A DNA stretch of 64,000 nucleotides from Candidatus Latescibacterota bacterium (GCA_965217585.1 OZ244561.1:4928001-4992000); one strand, 5' to 3'. Shown: positions 1-10,927, numbered from the stretch's first letter. The notes: generated from the letters alone by a model not told the origin. Numbers and translations are program-made.

Positions 1-161
1 GGCAGTGCGTCTGGCAGGGCGCGCCCAACGCGTGGGATGTGGAAATCGACGGGGCCGAATTGCCAACGCCGACGGGCGAATGGTCCTATTACTATCTGCG
101 GCTGCGGCAACAAGACGGGCACCGGGCGTGGTTGAGTCCGGTGTGGTTGGATCGGGTATGA
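1..161 (+). CDS. 3' end of DUF3604/CehA-McbA-like metallohydrolase (partial, runs off window)
   Basis: Frame from nt 3 reads ...WSYYYLRLRQQDGHRAWLSPVWLDRV*, matching the YYxRxxQxDGxxAWxSPxW C-terminal motif; the stop overlaps the next ATG (ATGA). Confidence 0.6.
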   Translation, partial: QCVWQGAPNAWDVEIDGAELPTPTGEWSYYYLRLRQQDGHRAWLSPVWLDRV

Positions 162-352
162 ACGGAACGAGACGGGCCGATATAGAGCGTGGGATACGCG
201 TTGCCATCGTGCAGAAGCAGGACCAACGCACGGGTCGGCTGACCGAGGGCGTTGTGCAGGATATTCTGACCAAGTCGGCGACGCATCCGCACGGGATTAA
301 GGTGCGCTTGGCGACCGGCGAAGTTGGCCGGGTTAAGCAGGTGCGCGGTTAG
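158..352 (+). CDS. YwbE family (DUF2196) small protein
   Basis: MNGTRRADI...KQDQRTGRLTEGVVQDILTKSATHPHGIKVRL...GRVK signature. Confidence 0.85.
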   Translation: MNGTRRADIERGIRVAIVQKQDQRTGRLTEGVVQDILTKSATHPHGIKVRLATGEVGRVKQVRG

Positions 353-2046
353 AAGTAGTAGAACGAATAGACCAAAGACGACCCGCCCACGCCGACGCAG
401 GCCCCCATGATAAACCCCAGAAAGAGCGGCCGCACTTTCCTGTATAGAATGACCCCTCCGTAGCTAATCAGAATCGACTTAACAAGCCAAGCGAGGAACA
501 TCCCAAACCAGTCGCCGCGCACGGTATTGGTCAGGGCCACAGCTAGCCCCACCGGGTGCAGCGGCCAACCGGCTAGGCGGTGCTAGGCCAAGGAGAGCAG
601 TCCGGCGAGTCCAGCGCCGATGCCGGTGAACAGGGTGGTCAGGTGTTGGGGCGGGTGTGGGTTGTTGACCGTTTTGGCGACCCAGCCCCACTTGCTCAGC
701 GGCGAGTTGATATAGTACCAGCGGAATCCGTGCATCATGCCGTGCTGATAGCCCAGCCATATATAAACCGAGATGGTGGTGACCGCGCTGACGACGAAAG
801 CGGAGGCGAGGAAGAACAGCAGCTTGCGGGCGCTGATCTTTTCCTTGACTTCCTCAAATACCAACAGCGCGACCAATAGAAAGGCCAAGCTCCAGCCGAG
901 GGAAAGGCCGGTGGCATGGAGGAAGTACGCCATATAGCCCAGCCCGACGATCCCCATCAGCGCCGATGCGCGCGGCGAGGGCAGGTGTGTGTCTGGGCCT
1001 CTGGTGCCACTGACGATAGTGCGCCACTGGTCTTTGAGGAAGTCGCGCGACATCCACAGCGACGAGACGAGCAGGAAGATGAGCGCCCCCATCTGCTGAT
1101 GCGACATCAGCACCGAAACCTGCTGGTGTGGCTGGGCAGGGAGGTTGACGGCGACGCCGAAAAAGCCCAACAGGCCGTGTTCGAGATAGACGAGGATGTG
1201 AAAGAGCCAGACGCTCAAGAGCACATTGAGGTTGAGCAGATAGCCGAGGCCGACGACGAGGAAGTTGACGTTGATCCCATAGGAAATGCCGATGCGGCGC
1301 AAAAAGATGCGCGTCGAGGGGATGCCGAAGTTGTTAATGGTCTCAAAGTCGAACACTTGGTCGAGCATGTTGACGGTCGGGATGATCCAGGCGATGAAAA
1401 ACCCGACCCAGAAGAGCGGGTTCTTAAAGAGGCTTTTGGCCGGGTTTTCCACGCTCTCGACCATGGCCGTCGGCACTACGGCCAAGGGATAGACTAAGCG
1501 CTCGCCGCGGGCCCACTGGTGGTGGAGCAGGGCGATGAGCGAGAAGCTGACCAAGAAGAAGGCGACCATGAAGAGGCCCCAGAAAATACTAGGGCCGAGC
1601 CAAGCATCCCAAGGTAGCGGCGTACCTTCTGGGGCGCCCTCGAAGAGGTTGCGGATCATCTCTAGGTCGCGCGGGGCGGCCCAGTCGGGGATGTGATCCC
1701 AGAGCAGTTCGCGCCAGTTATTTTCCGGGGTGGCGTAATAGAAGACGCCGGCGAGCAAGGGGATAAAATAGCCGCCAAAGCCCATGGTCGGCATGACCGT
1801 GGCTACCATTAGCGCGGCGTAGATGAGGGCGAAAGTCGAAGTCGGCAACCGCAGGAAGGGACGCAGCAGCGAGAGCAGCAAGGCGGTAAGCGCGACCCAG
1901 AACAGAGCGAAGATGACGCCGACGGTATTGAAGTGGTCGGCGTAGCCCGAGTAGTGGTCGAGCAGTATGTAGCTGCGCACCCCGATGAAGTTGTGGCCGA
2001 CGCACAGCGCCATGGCCAGCGTCCATTCGAGGACGGGTCGCATCAC
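349..2046 (-). pseudogene. DUF6785-like polytopic membrane (putative peptide transporter) gene, disrupted
   Basis: Many TM segments with YYATPEN and ERLVYPL motifs; in-frame TAG at 585-583 is followed in frame by HRLAGWPLHPVG...RPLFLGFIMG; apparent internal deletion at ALLVF|EEVKEK. Confidence 0.7.
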
Positions 2047-2219
2047 TTGTTGCCCTTGCGCCCGGCCTCCCAGTCGTCGTCAAGCATTTTGAGCAGCGCG
2101 GCTGGGCCGCAGAGCAGGGCTGAGGCGGTGGATTTTTCGATGGAAGCTCGCTGCATGGCGCAGGTGTAGTAAAAAAAGGTGCCTAGTATGTCAAGCACTG
2201 CTCGATCAATGAGGATACT

Positions 2220-2909
2220 ATGAGCGGAGTACTGACGCAGTACCACAAGCACAAGGGGTTGTTGCTGCTGGTGGCACCGGGGCTGGCCTTTTTCCTCGTC
2301 TTCAATTACCTGCCCATGTTCGGGCTGGTGCTGGCCTTTAAGGAGTTTCGCCTGAGCGCCGGCATCTTAGGCAGTGAGTGGAGCGGGTTGGAGAATTTCT
2401 TCCGCCTCTTTGGTGGGGCGGATTTTCCCAATGCCCTGCGCAACACGGTAGCCATCAGCTTCTTGCGCTTGCTGTTTGGCTTTTTCGCGGTGGTCATCGC
2501 CACGGGGATATGGCAGGCGGCTGGCTACGGGGCGGTGATCTACTTGGCGGCACTGGCCGGGATTTCCCCCGACCTGTACGAGGCGGCTGTCGTCGATGGG
2601 GCCGGGCGCTGGAAGCAGACCTTGCACATCACGATCCCGGGGCTGGTGCCGACGATTATCACGCTTTTCATCCTCAATCTAGGCCACGTGCTCAACGCCG
2701 GCTTCGACCAGATTTACAACATGTACAATCCCATGGTGTACGACGCGGCCGACATTATCGACACCTATGTCCTGCGGCGGATCGTGCTGATGGACTTTGG
2801 GCTGGCTACTGGTGCCGGGCTTTTCAAATCGGTGGTTGGCTTGTTGATGGTGGTGCTGGCCAACTCGCTGGCCCGGCGGCTCAGCGGAGGGGAGCAGGGA
2901 ATATGGTAA
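2220..2909 (+). pseudogene. Carbohydrate ABC permease (LplB-like), internally deleted
   Basis: N-terminal FNYLPMFGLVLAFK and C-terminal EAA motif (DLYEAAVVDGAGRWK) present, but the central TM block appears missing at LFGFFA|VVIATGIWQ; only 229 aa. Confidence 0.65.
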
Positions 2910-3781
2910 GCCGCACGCGAGGCGAGAAGGTGTTCAACGTCTTTAACCTGACGGTGTTGGGCTTGGTCGGGCTGATGGCGCTCTATCCTTTTGTGTACAC
3001 GATTTCGATGTCGTTGAGCAGCGCTGCCGAGGCTATGCGCGCCAGCCTGCACCTCTACCCACGGGACGTTTCGCTGACCTCGTACCGCATGGTGCTGTCC
3101 AACCCCGAGATCGTCACGGGGTTCACCAACTCGATCCTGCGCACGGTCTTGGGCACGGCGCTGACCCTCTTTTTTACTTGTCTGACGGCCTATCCGCTGG
3201 CACGGCGCGAGATGCCGCACCGCAGTCCGCTGCTGTTCTTGGTGCTCTTCACTATGCTTTTTAGCGGTGGTATTGTGCCCAATTATCTGCTGGTCAAGAA
3301 TCTGGGCCTGATTGACTCAATCTGGGCGCTGGTGCTGCCGCAGATGTTGACGGCGTTTAACATCATCGTGGTCAAGAATTTCTTTCAAGCCATTCCCGAA
3401 AGTCTAGCCGAGTCGGCCAAGATCGACGGGGCCAGTGAGTTTAATATCCTCTTTAGGATATACGTGCCTCTTTCCAAGCCAGTGCTGGCGACGATTGGGT
3501 TGTGGACGGCGGTGGCGCACTGGAACCACTGGTTCGACGCCATGCTCTATATCGCGTCGGACGAGAATCAGGTGTTGCAGACCTTTTTACAGCGGATCGT
3601 CATCGAGAACAGCGTCGAGCTGATCGAGCAGGGGCTGGTCGATCCGAACATCACCGAGTTCACGCCCGAGACGATCAAGGCGGCGACTGTGGTCGTTACT
3701 ATCCTGCCGATGCTGTTGGTCTATCCGTTCGTGCAGAAGTACTTCGTGCGTGGGATCATGCTGGGCAGCGTCAAGGAGTAA
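2903..3781 (+). CDS. Carbohydrate ABC permease (LplC-like)
   Basis: ESAKIDGASEF EAA motif; ends YPFVQKYFVRGIMLGSVKE; ATG 2903 overlaps the upstream stop. Confidence 0.9.
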   Translation: MVSRTRGEKVFNVFNLTVLGLVGLMALYPFVYTISMSLSSAAEAMRASLHLYPRDVSLTSYRMVLSNPEIVTGFTNSILRTVLGTALTLFFTCLTAYPLARREMPHRSPLLFLVLFTMLFSGGIVPNYLLVKNLGLIDSIWALVLPQMLTAFNIIVVKNFFQAIPESLAESAKIDGASEFNILFRIYVPLSKPVLATIGLWTAVAHWNHWFDAMLYIASDENQVLQTFLQRIVIENSVELIEQGLVDPNITEFTPETIKAATVVVTILPMLLVYPFVQKYFVRGIMLGSVKE

Positions 3782-3793
3782 ACAAGCCCGATT

Positions 3794-4621
3794 TCACATC
3801 TGAAAGCCGCCGGCCACCAACATCGATACGCCGGTGAGGTAATCGGCTTCTTCCGAGGCGAGAAAGGCCACGGTGCGGGCCACGTCCTCGGGCGTGCCAA
3901 TGCGGCCCAAGGGCGTTTGCGCTTCGAGGTCGTGGACTAGGGAGGCCGTGGTGTCGGCGTCTGGTTCGTCGCGCTTGGCGAGGCCCGCGGCGATGTAATG
4001 GGTGCGCTCGGTGAGGGTGTTGCCCGGGCAGACGGCGTTGACGTTGATCCGGTGGGGGGCGAGCTCGCCGGCGAGGGATTGGGTAAGGCCGATGATGGCG
4101 AATTTGGACGCGCAGTACGCGGCGTAGCGCGGTATCCCTTGGCGGCCGGCCGTAGAGGACATGTTGATTATTTTGCCGCCGTCGCCGCGGTCGATCAGGT
4201 GTCGGGCCACGGCGCGCGAGCAGAGAAAGGTGCCCTTGACGTTGACGCTTTGCACTTGGTCCCAGGCGGCTTCGCTTAGATCGACGACTGGGACGCGGTC
4301 TGGCCCGGGACGCGAGCCGGCGTTGTTGACCAGTAGGTCGATGCGGCCAAAGCGGGCGAGCGCGTCTTGCACCATGCCCTCGACTTGGGTGGCGTCGGAT
4401 ACGTCGGCCTCCACTGGGGCGGCCTGCCGACCGGCGGCTTCGACTTCGGCGACGAGGGCGGGCAGGCCGCCCCAGCCAGACGCGCTATAGGGCTGGGCGC
4501 GCAAGTCGTTGACCACGAGGTCGCAGCCTTCGCGCGCTAGGCGCTGGCAGATGGCGCGGCCAATGCCGTGCTCGCCGCCCGCGCCGGTGACGAGGGCGAC
4601 TTTGCCGTTGAGATTGTACAT
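3794..4621 (-). CDS. SDR family NAD(P)-dependent oxidoreductase
   Basis: TGAGGEHGIG Rossmann motif, NNAG, YCASK catalytic motif. Confidence 0.92.
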   Translation of the reverse strand: MYNLNGKVALVTGAGGEHGIGRAICQRLAREGCDLVVNDLRAQPYSASGWGGLPALVAEVEAAGRQAAPVEADVSDATQVEGMVQDALARFGRIDLLVNNAGSRPGPDRVPVVDLSEAAWDQVQSVNVKGTFLCSRAVARHLIDRGDGGKIINMSSTAGRQGIPRYAAYCASKFAIIGLTQSLAGELAPHRINVNAVCPGNTLTERTHYIAAGLAKRDEPDADTTASLVHDLEAQTPLGRIGTPEDVARTVAFLASEEADYLTGVSMLVAGGFQM

Positions 4622-4715
4622 GAGATTCTCCGCAGGATTAAGGAGTTGGGTGGCGGCATTTCGACGGCGTCGTATATACCAGTCTCTGTGCCATCGGACA
4701 CTTAGAATATGTCGA

Positions 4716-5114
4716 TTACGTCAACTGCTCGAACAGCGTGAAGTTAGATGCTTTTTTGTCAAAAGTGAGAACACCATCACAATTTGAAAATTTCGCTGAA
4801 TGTGCAATTAACAAATCCGCAAGATCTGTTTTGTTTATCTGAGCGGCTGAGAGAGTACGTTGCAGTACAGATTGGGCCTCAAATATCAAAATAGGCATGA
4901 GAAGAAGCTCCTGAAGGGACGCGCGGATTTCTTCTCGTGGAATTTCATATACAGATTCCAATACCCAGATGGTTTCGAGCACGACGAGCAGAGGGACAAA
5001 AAAGGGTTCGTTTGTACTCTCTGCTCGCTTAAAAAGTCTGTACACAATTTCTGCTTGTTTTTTATCATCCCGCACAAGAAAGCGAACAATCACATTTGTG
5101 TCTAATGCTTTCAC
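4716..5114 (-). CDS. vapC: PIN-domain (VapC) toxin
   Basis: ALDTNVIVRFL, ETIWVLES, ADLLIA, LTFDK acidic PIN residues; AT-rich. Confidence 0.9.
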   Translation of the reverse strand: MKALDTNVIVRFLVRDDKKQAEIVYRLFKRAESTNEPFFVPLLVVLETIWVLESVYEIPREEIRASLQELLLMPILIFEAQSVLQRTLSAAQINKTDLADLLIAHSAKFSNCDGVLTFDKKASNFTLFEQLT

Positions 5115-5365
5115 TTAAAACTTGCCTTCATTTTTCGCCTGATTTCAGACTTCATTTGGTGGACCGAAACAGGCTTTCTTCCAAATTTATACAACTTCCC
5201 GAAAATCTCATCTACCGCTACTTTTTTGGTCATAGGCTTTAGGAGTGCTTCACCATTTTCTGTGAGCATAAAATCGACTTTATCGCCTTCACGGAGTTCC
5301 AGAGCATCTCGAACGGTTTTGGGAATTGTAATTTGCCCTTTACTTGTCAGCGTTGCCGTTGCCAT
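5111..5365 (-). CDS. AbrB/MazE/SpoVT family antitoxin
   Basis: TLTSKGQITIPKTVRDALELREGDKV; overlaps the toxin by 4 nt. Confidence 0.92.
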   Translation of the reverse strand: MATATLTSKGQITIPKTVRDALELREGDKVDFMLTENGEALLKPMTKKVAVDEIFGKLYKFGRKPVSVHQMKSEIRRKMKASFK

Positions 5366-5391
5366 GCTATGCTCCTCTTATTGAATGTTTA

Positions 5392-5414
5392 TTTCTTACT
5401 TAAAAGTAAGGAAA
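5392..5414. promoter_or_regulatory. Palindromic operator upstream of AbrB-VapC operon
   Basis: CTTACT-taaa-AGTAAG inverted repeat about 30 nt upstream of the antitoxin start. Confidence 0.55.
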
Positions 5415-5526
5415 ATGACACTTGAGTGCAAATGACAGTTGGAACGTCGGCCTTGAGCAAGTCAAACGCCGTTTCCGTCGCGAGGGCGGCAGATGACGAA
5501 GCTTTCCAGGTCAAGGTGCGCGGCAC

Positions 5527-5601
5527 CTATCCAGCCTCGCTGATCGCCGGGGTGATGAAGGCGTCGCATATCTCCGCTTCGTTCTGGATGCTCTTGTCCA
5601 T
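5527..5601 (-). pseudogene. Remnant resembling N-terminus of type I restriction subunit HsdR
   Basis: MDKSIQNEAEICDAFITPAISEAG* resembles the ExxIcxxFItPAlxxaGW start of EcoEI-type HsdR, with TAG in place of TGG. Confidence 0.4.
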
Positions 5602-5652
5602 CGCCGATAACGGATTTGCCTAGGATCTTTGACGCGCCGCAGCGGACGACGA

Positions 5653-6214
5653 TCAGGAGACCGTGAAGCTGTTGCCGGTGAACGTGGGCAGACCGCTGAA
5701 CTGCCAGCCGACTAGGTTGATACCGCCGTACTGGTAGGACAGTTCGACGATGGCCCAGGCAGAGCCGACTAGGGTGACGAGGATGGCTCCAACCACGGCC
5801 CAGAACAGCCGCCGTCCCTCCAGCGCCGTTTCCTGGGCTAGCTTCACGCCGGTCGCCGCCGAGGCCATCACAAAGGTGCGCACGTCCGCCGACCAAGCGA
5901 AATTCAGCCCTAGAATGGTCAGCCCTGGTGCTCCCACTAGGGAGCTGCCCAGCGCATTGACCGTGAAGACGGGGGCCGCTACCGTGGCCCGGTATGAGGC
6001 CAGGCCCGTCTGGGCGATGATCCGCGTCAGCCCGATGAAGATCACCATGGACATGGTGAGATGGTGACCGCGAAGAGACTCCAGATCAGCAGCGGCGGTC
6101 CCCAGGCACCCCAGGAGACCGGCTCGCCGCCGGCGATGATGAAGCTGCCAAGCAGCCCCAAGAGCACTGCCCGTCGGGATACGCCGTGAACGGCCTTACA
6201 GGGGCTTGTGCCAT
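5653..6214 (-). pseudogene. Second DUF6785-like transporter, collapsed by several internal deletions
   Basis: Juxtaposed blocks SRRAVLLGLLGSFIIAG | GEPVSWGAWGPPLLIW | VIFIGLTRIIAQTG...YQYGGINL, with frameshifts. Confidence 0.65.
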
Positions 6215-7008
6215 CTACTTCTCGCTGTGTGGACCCACTAAGCCAGCAGATTTTCCGGCTACAATCCCCGGCCCGTAATCTGCCATCGCGGTCATGATGT
6301 ACTCGTTGAGCAAGTGTTCCTCGTGCGCAAGGCCGAACGTCCAGATTCGGCGATACATCTCCTCGACGACTGGCTGGTATTGCGGATCAGGGACGAGGTT
6401 CTGCATCTGTCCGGGATCGCGCTCTAGGTCGTACAGCTCGTCGTAGTCAAAGCCATTATAGACAAATCGCCACTTGTCAGTGACGGCGGAACGTTGGATG
6501 CCATAGGTCTCGTTGCCATTCGTCTGGAAGAAGAGCGCATCGCGCCAATCGGCGGGTGTTGCGCCCTTGAGCAACGGCAGCAGGCTTGCACCGGCGAACT
6601 CCACAGGGCTCTCCGCTGAGCCCATCTCGAGCAACGTCGGCGCGAAGTCGCAGAGAGACACGAACTCGTCGCGCACCACGCCCTGCTGCCCGCCCGGCAT
6701 CTTCGCGATCGCCGGCACGTGGTAGCAGCTCAAAAACGACGGCAAGCCCTTACACCACAGGCCGTGGTCGCCTAGGTAGTCGCCGTGATCGGAGAGGTAG
6801 AGAACGATTGCGTCTTCGTACTCCCCGCGCTCTTTGAGCTTGTCGATCAGCCGCCCGAAGAGCCAGTCCTCATAGGTGCAGAACGCCAGGTAGTGCTTGA
6901 TCGCGTCCTGATGTTCCTCGCGCGTCAACTGAGTAAAGCGGTCGCGGGTGCGGCGGAACACGCCCGTTGCTGGTCGGTCATGAAGATCAGTATGTTCGGC
7001 TTGTTCAT
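6215..7008 (-). pseudogene. Sulfatase, internally deleted
   Basis: ATG 7008 gives MNKPNILIFMTDQQR, joined out of frame to the C-terminal half (SDHGDYLGDHG, ELYDLERDPGQ); no CxPxR active-site motif. Confidence 0.8.
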
Positions 7009-7098
7009 ATCGGTTTCCTAGTTATTGCAAAACAATTCCAAGTTCGCACGCAGACCAGCAACGCGTCGGTGCGCCAGTTCGTGTTGAGCTTGTACTTA

Positions 7099-7776
7099 TC
7101 AGATCGGCCTGGTAGGGTCAGTTCCCAGCGGCACCGGATACGGACGCTGCTGCCCGCGCCGGCCGTATTCTTTATCGGCCCACAGTCCATTGTGCCCGTC
7201 CACCGTATTGTAGTAATGGCCCCCCTGTGCCGAGCGCATCACATCGCGCCACAGTGCCGTATCTAGGCGTTGATAGTGGTCGGCGTGTGCGGCCGACTGG
7301 CTGAGGTCGTGCTGCTCCTGCGGGTCGTTTTCTAGGTCGAAGAGTGCTTGAAAGCCGCTGGCGTACTTGCATAGCTTGTAGCGCCCGTCGAAGGCCATCC
7401 ACGCGCCCTGCAGAAATCCCACCAGCATGTCGTTCGCCGATTCGCCGGCTAGTCCCAAGCCAGGTAGAGGCTGTGAGTCCATGTAGGACGGCACCCACAC
7501 GGGTCTGTCGGCCACTGGCTTCCTACTCTGGTTAGCCGGCGGCCCGTCGTTCCTTTGTGCCCCGTGTATTTGCGGCGCGCCCGGTGCCGCTGGAGGGATG
7601 GTCGATGCATCGATCTTCTCCAACCATTCGGCCGTCGGATCATAGGGATCATGGGGGCCGGGGAACCCCACCATCAGCGCAAAGGGACGCTCTTGGTCAT
7701 ACTCGCGCACAAAGCGCGCCGCCTCTTCGCCGACGAAGTAGTCCCAGTAGCAATCCGAGGGCAGCAGGCTGGTCAC
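7099..7776 (-). pseudogene. Sulfatase fragment lacking N-terminus
   Basis: PFALMVGFPGPHDPYD and LFDLENDPQEQHDL present; no catalytic N-terminal domain and no SDHG block. Confidence 0.7.
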
Positions 7777-8010
7777 AGCGCCGTAGTTCTCGTCGTAGCC
7801 GGGATGCTCCTGGCTCCTGGATTGTGGAGGCGGATCTGGGCCTCCAGCGCCGCCGAGCCTCGATGGACCGTCAGGCTGACTCTCTGGGTCAGGCCCGTCA
7901 GCGGCTCCGTCGTCGCCATCGACATAGATACCCTTTCTGGGCTGTCCTCAAGGATCTTCCATGTCCAGGGCATCGCGAAGGTCGTGCCGTGTTCGTAGCC
8001 CGGAAGCGTA
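7773..8010 (-). pseudogene. DUF5107-like fragment
   Basis: EHGTTFAMPWTWKILEDSPERVSMSM...LEAQIRLHNP; short and truncated at both ends. Confidence 0.4.
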
Positions 8011-8013
8011 TAC

Positions 8014-8526
8014 TCAATCCCACCAATCCACCTCCTTCACACTGGACAGGATAGCCATGTGATACCCGCGAACCCGTTGGCGAGCTTTAGGGTGCTCTTT
8101 ATAACCCTTGAGGCATACTTCGTAGACGACTTCATTGAGGCTGACCAACAGCGCCTGCAAGAGCGGGTTGCCGGTCGCCGTTGCGAGGCCTGAATGGAAG
8201 GCCACATCGGCTCTGGCACATTCCTCGTTGGTCGCACTGGATTCGGCGAGCACTTCTATAGTAGCTTCGAGCGAGCGGATATCGCCCTCGGTGGCCCGTA
8301 GGGCAGCGAGGGCGCTGATCTCAGGCTCTACTATGTTCCGTGCCTCGATCATGTGTTCTGACTTCGCCAAGGAGAGCGCCGTCGCGCGATCACGGATCCG
8401 GGCCAGAATTTCGCTCAGGCCCATCAGCGCCTCTACGTGCAGACTATCCGAGCGAAGAACCATTTGGAACTGATCCATCGACCGATCCGTTTGCCCCAAG
8501 TCGAGCAGCACGCGGGCAAGCAACAC
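8014..8526 (-). pseudogene. Chimeric remnant: TPR fragment fused to GntR/FadR FCD domain
   Basis: LARVLLDLGQTDRS (TPR-like) followed by EARNIVEPEISALAA...ADVAFHSGLATATGNPLL; no HTH domain. Confidence 0.6.
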
Positions 8527-8564
8527 CCGGGTCTCGAGATCTCCGGGATGCTCGCGCAGTCGTT

Positions 8565-8684
8565 GTCGTAGTCGAGAATGCCCTGAACCTGCTCAACGTC
8601 CCGACGTTCTATCAAAACGTGGTTCGAGGCATCATCCTATTGGCCGCCGTCATGCTCGATCAACTCAAGAACCGCGCGAGGTAG
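8565..8684 (+). pseudogene. C-terminal remnant of RbsC-type sugar ABC permease
   Basis: VVENALNLLNVPTFYQNVVRGIILLAAVMLDQLK*; start coordinate approximate. Confidence 0.65.
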
Positions 8685-8926
8685 CCCTCCGGCTATCCCC
8701 GGCGAGATTGACCACTCTGCGGGTTCTGAGATATATTGCGAGTCATGCCTGATCGTCAGCATCGAGGCAGTCGCTGGTACCGAGTTTCTGACGAACCTGC
8801 TGCGGCAATCACGGCGATCCTGGCTGTTGAAAGAGCTAATCCCGTCGGCGTGTCCGGCGACCCACTTTCTTTTTTGGCAAATCCCTCAGAGCTAAACCTG
8901 TATAATCGCTAGACAAGGAGCGCGAT

Positions 8927-10078
8927 ATGGACAAGGTGCGAATCGGCATTATCGGCCTCGGCGGCATGGGTGGCAGCCACGCCACTTATCTTTCCCAAGG
9001 CCAAATCGCCGGCGCGGAACTCGCGGCCGTATCTGACATCGATCCGGCCCGGCTCGCGGGCGTACAGGACAAATACGGCGCGAACGTGCAAGCGTTCGCC
9101 GGGGCCGATGCCCTGTTTGCGGCCCAATGCGTGGACGCCGTGATTGTCGCCACCCCCCACTACTTCCACCCGCCGCTGGTGATCCAGGCCCTCGAAAACG
9201 GCCTGCATGCGATGAGCGAAAAGCCGGCCGGGGTCTATACGCGCCAAGTCCGCGCAATGAACGAGGCTGCGGACAAAAGCGATCGGGTCTTTGGCATGAT
9301 GTTCAACCAGCGCGCGCGCGGCGAGCACCAGAAGCTGAAGTCGCTCGTCGAATCCGGTGAGCTGGGGCCGATTCGGCGCACGATTTACATCATCAACACT
9401 TGGTTCCGCGCCCAAAGCTACTACGATTCGGGTGGCTGGCGGGCGACTTGGGCCGGCGAGGGCGGCGGCGTGTTGGCCAACCAGTGCCCGCACAACCTCG
9501 ACCTGTGGCAGTGGATCTGCGGGATGCCGCAGCGGGTGCGAGCCTTTTGTCGCTTTGGGCAATACCACGACATTGAGGTCGAAGACGACGTAACGGCCTA
9601 CGTCGAATACGAGAACGGAGCTACGGGCGTTTTTATCACTTCTACGGGCGAGGCTCCGGGGACCAATCGGCTGGAGATTTCAGCGGACCGCGGCAAGGTG
9701 GTGTTGGAGGGTGGAAAAATCACCTTTTGGCGCACGACGGAGTCGGCGAGCAAATTCCTCGTGGAGTGGCCGCATGGGTTTGGCAGCCCGGAAGTCTGGA
9801 AGTGCGAGATCCCAGGCGGCGGTGGCGCAGAGCACAAGGGGATTACCCAAAACTGGGTGCAGGCTATCCGCACGGGGGCACCGCTGTTGGCCGCGGGGAC
9901 CGAGGGGGTCAACGGCGTAGAACTATCCAATGCGATGCTGCTTTCGACGTGGACGGATGATTGGGTACCTATTCCAGTGGACGAGGATTTGTACTACGAG
10001 GAGCTGCAAAAGCGGGTGGCTAGCTCCACGGTGAAGGAGGGGGGCGGGCAGGTGATGGATGTGCAGGGGACGTTTTAA
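8927..10078 (+). CDS. Gfo/Idh/MocA family oxidoreductase
   Basis: GIIGLGGMG, ATPHYFH, EKP, GGGVLANQCPHNLD; AAGGAG RBS. Confidence 0.93.
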   Translation: MDKVRIGIIGLGGMGGSHATYLSQGQIAGAELAAVSDIDPARLAGVQDKYGANVQAFAGADALFAAQCVDAVIVATPHYFHPPLVIQALENGLHAMSEKPAGVYTRQVRAMNEAADKSDRVFGMMFNQRARGEHQKLKSLVESGELGPIRRTIYIINTWFRAQSYYDSGGWRATWAGEGGGVLANQCPHNLDLWQWICGMPQRVRAFCRFGQYHDIEVEDDVTAYVEYENGATGVFITSTGEAPGTNRLEISADRGKVVLEGGKITFWRTTESASKFLVEWPHGFGSPEVWKCEIPGGGGAEHKGITQNWVQAIRTGAPLLAAGTEGVNGVELSNAMLLSTWTDDWVPIPVDEDLYYEELQKRVASSTVKEGGGQVMDVQGTF

Positions 10079-10141
10079 TACGAAAAAATTTACCCGCCGC
10101 TGGTTTGGATTTTGGTCGGCGGCCCACGATAAGGAGCGAAC

Positions 10142-10927
10142 GTGAAACTTGCGTTGATGCGAGGAGACTTGCTGTCGCCGGCAGAAATGCGGCCCGAGGG
10201 GTTCGAGGCGGTGCAGATGTTTTTCGGCTGGGGAGCTGACGAGGATGCGCAGGATCCGTCGGCGGAAGATATCGATAAAGTTCTACAGGCGGCTGATATC
10301 GCGCTGGCGGCGATGACCTTGCACGTCGATCTGGTCGGGCCAAAAGGCGCGGTCCAGGACGATGTCGCAAGGCTGGTGCGCTGCGTGGAAAAGACCGCGG
10401 CGCTCGACGGGCGTTTCGGCGACAACGCACAGCCGGTGCTGGTGTGGCATCCGTCGGGCTATCCAGAAGAGGGTGTTGACGATCGGGCGGTGTTTGAGGG
10501 GTTATGCACAGGGCTGGCGACGGCCTGCGCGGCGGCAGAGGAATCCGGCGTTGTCATCGCGGTGGAAATGACACGGGGGGGGAGCATCGACGGGGCGGAG
10601 CGCTTTTTGCGGGTGCAGGACCGGGTGGGGTCTGCGGCGCTCAAAGTCTGCATGGACGCGGCGAACTTCGCGCCCGACCGCACCCCGCTGGTGCGCGCGG
10701 TGCGGATGCTCGGCCCCGACATCGCAATCGCCCACGGCAAGGATGCGCGCTTTGCCGAGAATGGCGAGGTGACCGACTACGGGCCGACGGGGTCGGGATG
10801 CTTGGACTATCCGGCCTATATCGGCGCGTTGCAGGAGTGGACGCAGGTGCCCTATTTCGTCTTTGAGTACTACAAAAGTCGCGATGACATGTTGAAGGCA
10901 CGCGACATTGTGCGGGCCTGTTTGTAG
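10142..10927 (+). CDS. Sugar-phosphate isomerase/epimerase (xylose-isomerase-like TIM barrel)
   Basis: IAVE, DAAN, HGKD, FEY metal ligands; GTG start with AAGGAG. Confidence 0.8.
   Translation: MKLALMRGDLLSPAEMRPEGFEAVQMFFGWGADEDAQDPSAEDIDKVLQAADIALAAMTLHVDLVGPKGAVQDDVARLVRCVEKTAALDGRFGDNAQPVLVWHPSGYPEEGVDDRAVFEGLCTGLATACAAAEESGVVIAVEMTRGGSIDGAERFLRVQDRVGSAALKVCMDAANFAPDRTPLVRAVRMLGPDIAIAHGKDARFAENGEVTDYGPTGSGCLDYPAYIGALQEWTQVPYFVFEYYKSRDDMLKARDIVRACL

Noticed and set aside
8685-8926. Possible riboswitch, sRNA or short ORF upstream of the oxidoreductase
   Set aside because: No recognisable aptamer consensus or protein motif; only a weak TTGACC/TATATT promoter-like match
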